64,000 bases of DNA, from positions 16,802,001-16,866,000 of the forward strand of contig CATNEN010000001.1 of the NCBI GenBank assembly GCA_950097015.1. The letters are read 5' to 3'. A model generated the notes under the pieces. That model saw only the letters and a program-made list of their open reading frames with translations. It was not told the origin of the DNA and did no database searches. The position numbers and the translations under genes are program-made. The stretch comes from Macrostomum hystrix. Taxonomy: Eukaryota; Animalia; Platyhelminthes. Shown piece after piece: positions 39,201 to 49,319 of this stretch. Numbering within the stretch: the first letter of the stretch is position 1; every line of letters begins with the position of its first letter.

Positions 39201-42200
39201 CAGCCTCTTGCTCTTTCCAGATCAATCAAAACTGCCAGTCAAGAAGGGCCGAGCAGCGACACGACCGAGACAACTAGCATCAAGAACATCGAGAGCAGCA
39301 CCAACCACGCGAGTAGCTCTAATGCCGTGAGAAAATGGGAAAGTCGAAAAACTTTTTCAGAAGACGTACCGCACGTCTTAGATCGCCTGAACACATCATC
39401 GTTGATTCGCCTCTGCGCTCTCTGCCCGATACAGTGGAAGCGACTGGCGCGAAATAAATGCGAATTCGTTATGCGCTGCGTTGTGCCAATTCTTCTTCTG
39501 GCCTGCTTCATAGTGCTGCTAGCCATCCAGAAGAAGTTGCTCCTTCGATTCCCCAAAGCATACTCTGCGAACCAGTTTGAAGGGCCGAATTCTTCAGCGG
39601 TGGCAGAGAAAATCAATTCAAAGCGACTACGAATTACTTGCGTATATGATGCACTCGAAGGCAACGCGAATGTCTTGAAGTTCAAGGCTTGCGCGAAATC
39701 GAATGTGTCTCCTATGGAAAAGCCTCCGAATGTGAGTCTGAAGACGTTCCTGATGCAGTCTGCGCAGCAGTCTAAGCTACTCGCGTCCTGCTTTAAATTG
39801 GCGCACTTCTGTGCCATTCTGCACTGCTCTAGTTGGAACAGAGACAAAACTCCGAACGATAACAGAAGTGTGACAGTTGTCTTGCTAGAAGCGTCGAATG
39901 TAATTGACGCTGAAGAACGTGCTTATTCATATCGCCAACTAATAGCTGAAATCTCCGATCATTTCCAAGCCAAACTCAACCTTTCTCATCAAGTGCAGGC
40001 ATTCAAAGTGCAGCAAAGCCGTCAAAACTATTTCTCGCTTGCAATAATAGTTTTATTTCTATTAATGTTTTCCTATTTCCCCGCCTCTTTCTTTAATGAA
40101 ATCGCCGACGACTTTGAATCGAACGTGTACTACTATTTGAAATTTCTGGGCGTGAGTCGACTAAACTGCATCTGCAGCACTGTGTTTCTTCACTGGCTTC
40201 AGTACAGCACATTTTTCACCCTGTCAGTCATTTGTTTTCAATCCTGGGATAAGTTTCAAAATTCATTCTTCATGGTTTGCGTGTACCTTCCAGTGATTGT
40301 GTTTGGCATTAATTCCAATCTGCTCTCGGTCTACACAACCGTTGTCTTGACTGGTGGTTGCAATAAGACCATAACAGCAACCTACATAGCATGGGTTCTG
40401 TTGGCACCACTTACCCTAGTTGCCGTGTCTAATCTTGGCAAAGTCCCTGTGCTGGCACTAATTTGGCTCATTCCTCAGGTAGCTCCACTGGCACTCATTC
40501 AGTTCGGATCCAATATGGTTAATCATAGAGTTATGTACAATGAGAACAGTGACGATTCGCTTCTTTACCAAGTCTGGGACCTGCACTTCGATCCTTGGAA
40601 TTATATCTTCATGGTCAACTCGATTCTAGCTATGCCAATTCACCTGATTGGGCTTAGCCTGCTACTGTCTGCTTCAGTCTCCGACGTGCGCAGGTGCATT
40701 GACCAACACGTGAACTGCGTTTGTAAGTTCCCGCCATGTCACCGACTTCGACAAGAGTCTGCCACTGAGCTGGAGCCGCTGCACTCCAAGCAAGGACCTG
40801 TGCCAGCCTATGACAACTGCGTAGTCGACGTTCGCAACCTTTGGAAGATCTGCTCAGTCACAGGTATGCCAATTGTGAAAGGCATTGGGTTTAAACTGGC
40901 TGCTGGGCAATGCATGACCCTGGTCGGTGCCACGGGCTCAGGACGATCAACGATTGCGTCCATGTTGGCCGGCGAGACTCGAGCAACATACGGCGACTGT
41001 CGCATCTTCTGCCACCGCACTCTGTGCCTACCGGGCGCGGAGCCGTGGAATCATCGCTCAGACTGCAGCGTGGTGGGCTATTGTCCGCGGCGCACGCCTC
41101 TATTTCACTGGCTGACCGTGACCGAGCACCTGCAGTTTTACGCGCGCATACGCGGCCTCCGTCCCATCGTGTTCAGAAAACGAATAGTCGAGCTAATTTC
41201 TGAGCTGGGACTCACAGAATACCAGGGTAGACCCATCGGCAGCCTAGATGACCTCAGGCGTCGATTAGTGTGTCTGGCAACTGCTCTGCTTGCGCGACCG
41301 TTGCTCCTGATCATCGACAATGGTTGCCTTGGCGACGCGCGATGCTTTCTGCGCCGGCAAAATGAGGCTTCATGGACGTCTTTAACCGACATTTGGGGCA
41401 CCGCAGTCGTGGCAACAGCTGATAATGTGAAAGATGGCCATGATAAACCGTCCGGCACAAACTCGGAGGAGGCTGAATCGCCCAGCAGCGATGAAGAAGA
41501 CGATGACGTCAGCGGAGGGGTTGCGATTCAGATGCCTGGCTCGATATCGTTTAGTTTTGATTGCTTCAACCACCCCAATGTGTTTGGATTGCTCTACCGA
41601 GGTCGCATAACTGCCACCGGAACCGCTCAACAACTGCGAAGCATGTAAGAATTTGTCCCTTGCCTAACTCACTCTGAAGCTCTGTCTAACTCACTGAAGC
41701 TCTGCCTAACTCACTGAAGCTCTGTCTAACTCACTGAAGCTCTGCCAAACTCACTGAAGCTCTGCCTAACTCACTGAAGCTCTGTCTAACTCACTGAAGC
41801 TCTGTCTAACTCACTGAAGCTCTGTCTAACTCAGTGAAGCTCTGTCTAACTCACTGAAGCTCTGCCTAACTCACTGAAGCTCTGTCTAACTCACTGAAGC
41901 TCTGTCTAACTCACTGAAGCTCTGTCTAACTCAGTGAAGCTCTGTCTAACTCACTGAAGCTCTGTCTAACTCACTGAAGCTCTGTCTAACTCACTGAAGC
42001 TCTGTCTAACTCACTGAAGCTCTGTCTAACTCACTCTCCAACTTAGCTTTTATCTACAGATGCCTATTATCCGCTTTCTTGCGGAATATAAAGAAAATGT
42101 TTTCATACCTAAAAGTATTGTACGTCACACTTTCTCGTGCACAATTCAGTTGCGGCAATTGGTATTATCTGGAGGTGACTATGCTTCCTGAATCGGCAAC

Positions 42201-42465
42201 CTTAACGGCGGAGAAACTTCGAAAGAAGCACTCGAAAATCAGCCATTCGATATTGTTGCAATTCAGAGACTCCCTATTGCTGGAGGAGTACCATCGCTGG
42301 CTGCAGTTCTGCCTGCCCGAAGCTGCGGTTGGCAAGCTCTCCGGTACCTTACAATGGCTAAAATCGAATCTAACCCAGCAAGAATCTGTGCAACACTTCC
42401 ACTTGTACAATATGACCCTGGATGAAGCCATCGCGTTGCAGAACCTCAACGTTATCAAGAAGTAA
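36295..42465 (+). CDS. ABC transporter subfamily A-like full transporter (~1730 aa); exons 36295-37834, 38308-41644, 42150-42465
   Basis: TMD/ECD-NBD1-TMD/ECD-NBD2 architecture; ABCA hallmarks YLDFVLP..G..LPWYFPF and spliced ALKHVSCEIFPGQITWLLGNNRSGKST, LIVLDEPT, GYCP, LTVTEHLQFYARIRG; intron phases 1 and 2 are consistent (an alternative exon-2 start at 38251 is possible). Confidence 0.88.
41660..42036. repeat. 20-bp intronic minisatellite (TCTGTCTAACTCACTGAAGC)n
   Basis: Direct reading; starts ~15 nt after the donor. Confidence 0.95.
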
Positions 42466-43200
42466 ATTGCATACGACGTACAAAACGCAGCCTATAAGTG
42501 TCCCTGTACTCTAACTTAATACGCGAGTTATAAGATCTTCTAGCTTGTAGTAGAAGTGATGAGTACTCGATTTATTTCAGTTATTTTACGCATATTTTGT
42601 TTAAACAGTCTCTTTCGGTAAATGGGTAAATGAAGTGAAAAAACAAAACTTTTTTGGGTCTGTGAATAGCAGATCTTTGTTTAGAATGACAAAGCTAAGT
42701 AAGATTCAATCTTCGGTATTTCAGTGACAATAAATCTGATAAATATTGGCCTATAGGAAGTTTCGTATTTGAAACAAAAATCGATGCGAAATTTTGGCAA
42801 TCAGAGAAGCTACTTGTATTTTAAAGCCTAAAAACTGGCCAGTCTTTGCCACTTCAGACTTGTTTACTCAACAGTACTGATCGGCCTCCATGAGGATAAG
42901 AATCAGATTGTTTTCGCTTAGCTCCAGCTCGAGGGCTTGAGTGATAGGTATTGACTTTTCTTATAAAAAAGCAAGCATAGCAAAATGTAGACTTGCGGCC
43001 AAAGCGGACTCGGAGGCAAACATTAGACGCCGATCAGGATCAGGTGAGTCAAGAGTCAAGGTGCTCGATAAAGAACTTTGCCTCTTTAAAAAGTTGCGGG
43101 TCCTTAGTCAATAAAAATATAAAATCACCTGAAAGTAGTATATAAAAAACTTTGAGGCTGAAATCTGCTAGAGAAATCTCCTAATCAGTTTGTATTGATC

Positions 43201-44450
43201 ATGGAGCAGGTGAAGAGTGCCTTGTCTGCGACAACGTCCCACGGCCTCCCACGGCTGGTGACGAACAAGCCAATCTACATTCGAGTTACCTGGCTGCTAT
43301 TTCTGTTCATGCTGTCTCTCTTTCTCAAAGGATTCGCCGAGTTTGTCGTCAAGCTGCTGGCACGTCAGGTGACATCTACGCTTGAAGTGAAGTCGGAGCC
43401 GTTCCAGTTTCCAGATATTTGCGTCTGCATTGAGAACGCCATCTCCGGAAGCTACTCATCGAATATCGATGCAAAATCAGCCCAGCTAATCAATGAGTAT
43501 CTGAGGAATGCCAGTATCACTCTACTGGCTTTTCAAGCTTCCAAAAAACGTGTCCATTGCGGAGATGCAGCAGCGAGAAAGGTATTTGAGCTACCTGTAT
43601 CGGCAGTCGATCCCATACAACTTGCTCGCTGACAATCTGGGCCACAGGGTTGAGCAGGGCGTCCTTAGCAGCGGCATTGTTTTCATGGACAACGGAGGAT
43701 TTCCCGACTACTCCGTAATTGAACCGACCAGCTTCTATCACCCGTCGCACCTGCTGTGCCTTAAATGGAGGCTGAACAGTACTATGCAGGGCAAGATTTC
43801 AAAAAGCAGCACTTCAACGGGTCTGGTGGTGACACTGCTGGTCGATGCAAACTCAACCGAGTTGCTGCCGATAGTCTACACGGGCGGACAGATGTCACTA
43901 CCAGTCTCCAACTGGACCATGCAGCCAAACGACTTCTTCGGGCCCGACCGAATGTCGGGCGTTCGAGTGTACCTGATCCCATCCGGGGAGTATCCGTCAG
44001 ACTTCGTCTCGTCCTTCTCACTCTTCCCAGGAATGCACCACAAGATTAAGATTAGTATGACTCAGCAGGTGCATAAGGAAGGTCAGTTTAACTGCCGTTC
44101 GGATATTCCTGAAGTCCAATCCTTACGACCAGACTCCGTAGTTTAAAGCGCAGGTGAATCTCTCCTGGGATGTGAATCCTCTACCTTGGCCGCTGGCTGG
44201 GAAAAAGTTTCTTTTCAACGTGACCGGACAGACAAACCTTCTCACCTCCATCGAGGACATCTTGCTCGACTATAGCTCAGTAGAGAGTGCTTTCGCAGTT
44301 GCCCAAGCACTCTGTGAACCGCAGCGACCTTGCGTCACTCGGGATTACAGCGTCAGCATCTCCAGCTCTGATTGGCCAACTCAAAGCTCTCTGATGCCCT
44401 TCATCAGAGCTTCAGTTCTGCCGATGTGGATGCTGGCCAAAGCAAAGTCA
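43201..44450 (+). pseudogene. DEG/ENaC paralogue 1, pseudogene
   Basis: STTSHG-type HG motif, TM1, FQFPD, YHPxxLxC; +1 shift in an A6 run near 43545, deletion of the YSYSYC thumb segment near 44120-44145, truncated before TM2. Confidence 0.85.
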
Positions 44451-44929
44451 GCGGAAATGCGCTCACTGCATCTGTCGCGGCAAAGCCTTAATTAATTTTC
44501 TACTCTTTTTGGTTTCAGAATTTTGATCTATGTTTTTTGCACAGATCAGCTTTCTCTCATGAGATTAATATCTGAATTACAAATAGAACTGCTCTTGACA
44601 AGCTTGAGACAGAAGGGTTCTACAGTGCCACATCATGCCAATAGAGTAAGATATATTATTGGGCAAACAGCAGATTTGGGAACCTATTTATTAAAACAGC
44701 AGGGCAAACACTGTAGAGTTCCAATCATGTTTCTGAGGTACAGAGTTGATCCAGTTGATAGTTACTCAGTATAATCATGCTAATCGTTATCTTGAAAACT
44801 GTGAGCTCGCATTAATCGGAAAGTAGTTGATTGTAAGAGACACATGGGGCACATGGGCCGGAGTCATGGCAACGCTAGCGATCGACTCAACCACACCGAA
44901 TATGGAGGCGGACAAAGGATCGAAAATAC

Positions 44930-46352
44930 AGCATTCGGTCTGGTGACTGGCGAGGGTGCACACAAGCAGAGGCAGCCTTTAAGAAAGTCGCGGAATGCCT
45001 GACTCTCGAGAATGGCCTGATCTACATGCGCCGCCGAGCATTCATTCCACCAAGGCTCAGACGAGAGGCCTTCGACGCAGTGCATGACACTCATACGGGT
45101 TCCAACGCAGCGCACAAGTTGCTTGCACAGACCTGTTGGTGGCCCGGCATGCAGAGAGATGTGGAGCAATTTGTTTCTCAATGCCGAACATGTACTCAGT
45201 TAAGACCTCGTCTGCAAAAAACTCGGGACACTTGGCCACCTGCCACCGCTCCATTTCAAAGAGTGCACATGGACTGGGCTTTTGTACCAGCCGTTGGCAA
45301 CATTCTCATCGTGGTTGATGCGTACTCGGGCTGGATAGAAGCTTTCCCCACAAAGGACAGATCAGCAGACAGTGTCATCAACTCGTTGCGAACAGTTTTT
45401 ACTCGCTTTGGTGTTCCGGAGCTGGTTGTTTCGGACAACGCAGCGGAGTTCACCTCGGCTCCACTATTGGCCTGGTTGGAAAGGAACGGTGCTCGTAAGA
45501 TGGAGAGCCCTCCATACTCCCCTCAATCTAATGGTGCAGCCGAGCGAGCCGTCCAGACAATCAAGAAGGCCTTGCAGGCATGGACCCAGCGTCTAACACA
45601 TGGCAGCTTTGTCGCTTTTTTGCAGAAGGCTCTGCTACATCATCGCAATTCTTCAACTTCACGCGGACGAACACCTGCCGAGCTCGTGCTAGGACGGCGA
45701 CTTCGAGTTCCGGTGGTCTCCACCTTCCAGCAGGGCGACCCGGTGCAGTTCAAGGCCAACGGCGACACCACCAGCTCTCGAGCTGAGTTCCTGATGTCGC
45801 AGGGGCGCAACACCTCCTGGCTACTGACGGGCGCCAAACTACAACTGGCCTCAAACAATCAATTCGGCCCGCTGGTTCCTGCCTCTGAGACCGATGAGGA
45901 GGAAGAAGCAGTTCACCAACAACCACAAGCCAATATGCCTGAGTTTCCCCCGGAGATCGCTCCGACAAGAAGAAGCACTAGGGTGAGGAATCCCCAAATC
46001 TCTTTGTGCCGTAGGCTCGGACTGAGTAAACCATGATCGCGTCATTTCACTGACTTTGCGAAGTCTATTAACTAGTTCTTAAAATTTGTTTGTTTGACTA
46101 GACGTTACCCATCGTCTTCCTTTGCAGATGGGGACATGTGGTAGTGGCTGCTAGCTAGAGCTAGCGTTGTTGCACTTTTCCCGATAATATCCTTGTAATG
46201 TCTATGGTCTCTAATTCTCAACCAGCTATAGGTTCCTAAGCTTTCGTTCCCAGCCTCTCACTTATGTTATAATCTGTTTTGCTTGAATAAACGCTATGCT
46301 ACGTACGCAACGTTAACGCCAAAGCACCAACAGCTTCATCCAAACTACGACA
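44930..46352 (+). mobile_element. 5'-truncated Ty3/Gypsy LTR retrotransposon: integrase ORF, PPT and 3' LTR
   Basis: HHCC zinc domain (HDTHTG..WWPGM..CRTC), DDE core (HMDW, VSDNA, SNGAAERAV); purine-rich tract then LTR. Confidence 0.92.
46137..46352 (+). repeat. 3' LTR (216 bp)
   Basis: TG...CA ends with 8/9 inverted termini TGTGGTAGT / ACTACGACA, preceded by AGATGGGGACA, internal AATAAA at 46286. Confidence 0.8.
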
Positions 46353-47250
46353 TCCAAATCCAAACTACCCTTAGTCTACTCTAACTTCAATTTGTTTTCA
46401 GTTTCTGAATGGTTTTTATCTCTTAGAGACTACCATGAGCCGGACAGGAGCGCAGGTGGGCGCGTGTTTCTCATCCGTCTGAGTTCGTCAACTCCTTCAT
46501 CCTCTGAAGTGCCACAAGTCCCGGCAAGTGCCACAGCGTCGAGATTGGAATGCTCCAGCAGGTGTACACGCCCGGTCAGTTTGAATGCCAGGACGAGCCA
46601 CCGGATGTGCAGTTTGTGAACCCGTACGATGAGACACCGTACAACCACACATACAGATACTCCCACTGCTACTACATGTTATACCATGGTGTGATCCAGG
46701 AACTGTACAACATCTCTAGTGATGTCATCCCGTTGCCCTGGCCCTTCAGAGGCAAAGGGTTCGCATTTAATTTGACAGCTAAGCCTAACTTTGTCTCAAT
46801 AAGGATGAATAAATCTGACCTACCTTGATTATGTGGCGGAGAAGCTATTGAAGATTCATGACAATTGCCTGCTGCAACAGCCGTGCGAAAGTCTTCAGTA
46901 CAGAGTCAGCACCTCCAGTGCCGACTGGCCAATGCAGAGCTCTCTTGAGCAGTTCATCAACAGCTCAGTGAGGCTGGCGTGGGTGGATGCAGGCGAAGGC
47001 CAAGAACCTGAGCGTGCCGGCTCTTGACTTTCTGCTCACTGGCAACAAACCCAGCGTGGCTGCTTACGTGCGTAGCAACTTACTCAAAATGCAGTTCCGG
47101 CCGCAGTGCAGCCACGGCGATAGGGTCGTATTTTCAAGGTACTATAAGCTGCCGAACTTCGTGGCCGATATCGGGGCACAATAGGTATCTACCTTAGCAT
47201 GTCGTTGCTGTGTGAGTTGCATGAACTGATGTATGTCTTTATCGTCGCTT
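46353..47250 (+). pseudogene. DEG/ENaC paralogue 2, 3' half pseudogene (disrupted by the Gypsy element)
   Basis: VSEW..DY.EPDRSAG, FVNPYDETPY, SSADWP, FVADIG; multiple indels and stops. Confidence 0.85.
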
Positions 47251-47311
47251 ACATTGTAAGAAAAGCGTCCCGAGCTTCTTATTAAAAGTAGCAATGTAAT
47301 ATCAATAATAC

Positions 47312-47605
47312 TAATGACAATAAGAATCATAATTGATAACACCTGCTCCATTCGGGTCAGATGTGCAGCCGACAGCGCAGACGCATCTGAAGGCTGCGCA
47401 CGGCTGTTCGGTCAATGGACTGGGGGGACGCCACACACACACCCACACCCGCCACTGGTACCCATTCAGCTGATGGGTGAACTGATGAATGAACTGAAGA
47501 AATGCGGAGTCAATTGTCTTGCTAAAAGGCAAAATGTTTTTGCAGTGGTGTCGAGAATCGAACCACCGACCTTCTAGTCGTGAGTCCGACGCTTTAACCT
47601 CAATG
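47312..47605 (-). mobile_element. tRNA-derived SINE, family 2 (Nin/Deu-like central domain)
   Basis: Reverse complement reads GGTTAAAGCGTCGGACTCACGACTAGAAGGTCGGTGGTTCGATTCTCG (B box), then ...AGCAAGACAATTGACTCC...CAGCTGAATGGGTACC; body unrelated to family 1. Confidence 0.65.
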
Positions 47606-47706
47606 GTAAGTTGTGTATGCGGTTGCCGAGATAGACAATAAGAAATTGTCACGAGTGGCGAACAACATTGACAAACGCACCCGACAAGATTTCCTCCGTT
47701 GCACAA

Positions 47707-47744
47707 ACCGTCATTGAGCAACGTTGCTCAATGACGGTATAAAA
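47707..47744. promoter_or_regulatory. Perfect 32-bp palindrome ACCGTCATTGAGCAACGTTGCTCAATGACGGT abutting a TATAAAA box, upstream of the recombinase ORF
   Basis: 47707-47738 is its own reverse complement; TATAAAA at 47738-47744. Confidence 0.75.
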
Positions 47745-47831
47745 ATAGCTCTACTTGTTCGTGAGGATTGGCTGGGCAGAGGAGAAGGATGGACCATAGA
47801 CAAAAAAACATTGGCTAAAGCTGACGGAAGG

Positions 47832-49319
47832 ATGGAAGGAAGGAAGGAAGGCAAGAGTAGAAGCCCCAAGCCTGAACAGTCTGAACCACCAGTGAGCGCC
47901 TTAAACTTGCAAATGATAAATTGGGCTAATCTACCGGTTGACGCCTTAAACGGTGTCACCGCACCAGAGTTGCGACTCTTGACGCATCTAAGTTCGGCCG
48001 ATCATAGGGACGACGACGACCTTTCTCGTTTCATAGCCTACCTGGAAGATCCCGGGCAGAATGACGACGACATTCTGGGCGTCATCCTACCGGAGGTGGG
48101 ACCCGACGGTGTTCCGAAAGTTGGAGCGGAGAAGGAGATGGACGAAGCGGAGGTGCAATCGTTGCCAAAGACGACCAGAGAGCAAATGACACAGTATGGT
48201 CAGCAGTTTGTTGACTTCATGGCCAGTGTCGGGCATGCGACCGAACGGCTCAGGAGCATGGAATCATCTGAGATTAACGAATACCTTCGACTATTCTACT
48301 TTCGTTTGCGCAAGGCTAATGGCGAACTGTATTCTCCGGCAACCTTGGTGTGTATCCGCGCGGGTATTCAGCGGTACTTCCGACATATCCTTCAACGGAA
48401 CCTCGATCTGGTGGGCGCGCCTGAGTTTGCTAAGTCCAACAGGATGCTGCGGGTGAAAGTGCGCGATTGGAACAACGCTGGTGGCGCGGTGAAGCACTTT
48501 GAGCCTATCGAGGAGGCGGACCTGGCGAAACTCCATAAGTATTTCGATCGCACCACCGGGGAGAAGCTGCAAGATGAAGTACTCTTTACACTTCTGTACA
48601 TCCTTGGTGAACGCGGCCAAGAACATCTGAAGGCACTACGGAGACGGCAGCTACTCATCGCCAAGGAGGATGCCGATGGTAACGCCTACATGGAGCTTCC
48701 GCCGTTGTCCACCAAGAACCAGAGTGCCGATCCTGTCAGGGCGAAGGGATACGTACCGAAGCAGGCGCGGATTTATGGCAAACAGCTGGAGCTGCTACAG
48801 CTATACGGCGCAACCCTGCCAGCTGAGACGAAGGATGACACCTTCTTTCCCCGGCCAATGCCCAACAAGGACGGTCAGGTCGTGTATTCGGCGAAGCAGA
48901 CGCGCGGGATCAACTGGCTGGGCTCCCTGATGCAGCGCCTCAGTCAGGTCTGCACATTGTCTAAGCGGTACACCAATCATTGCATCCGCGTGACGCGGAT
49001 CGCAGATCTGCGGGACGCCGGATTCACCATCAATGACATCATGAGCATCACGGGCCAGCAGAGTGAGGCGACCGTGCGACGGTACCTGTCACGCAAGCGA
49101 GATCGCACGATGAGGGATCTGGCAACGTCTGTGAGCGACGCACTGGTCCGGCATGTGGAGGGCGAATCGGAGCCCGCCCCACGGGTGGTGTCAAGTGCGA
49201 CTAGCAACGTGAGCAACAGAGCCGTCAGCGTTACGGGCCGCAACTACGCTGCGGTATTTGGTGACTGCAGTTTCACCAACTGCACTTTCACGATCGGACC
49301 GCCCCAGGAGCCCCACTGA
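47832..49319 (+). CDS. Crypton-type tyrosine recombinase (DUF3504 family), intronless; likely a Crypton DNA transposon spanning ~47.6-49.7 kb
   Basis: YSPATLVCIRAGIQRYF, LGERGQE (R), STKNQ (K), YTNHCIRVT (HxxR), IMSITGQQS (H to Q), VRRY (Y), C-terminal FTNCTFTI; first ATG 47832 (47913 also possible). Confidence 0.88.
   Translation: MEGRKEGKSRSPKPEQSEPPVSALNLQMINWANLPVDALNGVTAPELRLLTHLSSADHRDDDDLSRFIAYLEDPGQNDDDILGVILPEVGPDGVPKVGAEKEMDEAEVQSLPKTTREQMTQYGQQFVDFMASVGHATERLRSMESSEINEYLRLFYFRLRKANGELYSPATLVCIRAGIQRYFRHILQRNLDLVGAPEFAKSNRMLRVKVRDWNNAGGAVKHFEPIEEADLAKLHKYFDRTTGEKLQDEVLFTLLYILGERGQEHLKALRRRQLLIAKEDADGNAYMELPPLSTKNQSADPVRAKGYVPKQARIYGKQLELLQLYGATLPAETKDDTFFPRPMPNKDGQVVYSAKQTRGINWLGSLMQRLSQVCTLSKRYTNHCIRVTRIADLRDAGFTINDIMSITGQQSEATVRRYLSRKRDRTMRDLATSVSDALVRHVEGESEPAPRVVSSATSNVSNRAVSVTGRNYAAVFGDCSFTNCTFTIGPPQEPH

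Noticed and set aside
47724-47831. N-terminal extension of the recombinase from a TTG start
   Set aside because: Non-ATG start lying inside the palindrome/TATA region; more likely promoter and 5' UTR
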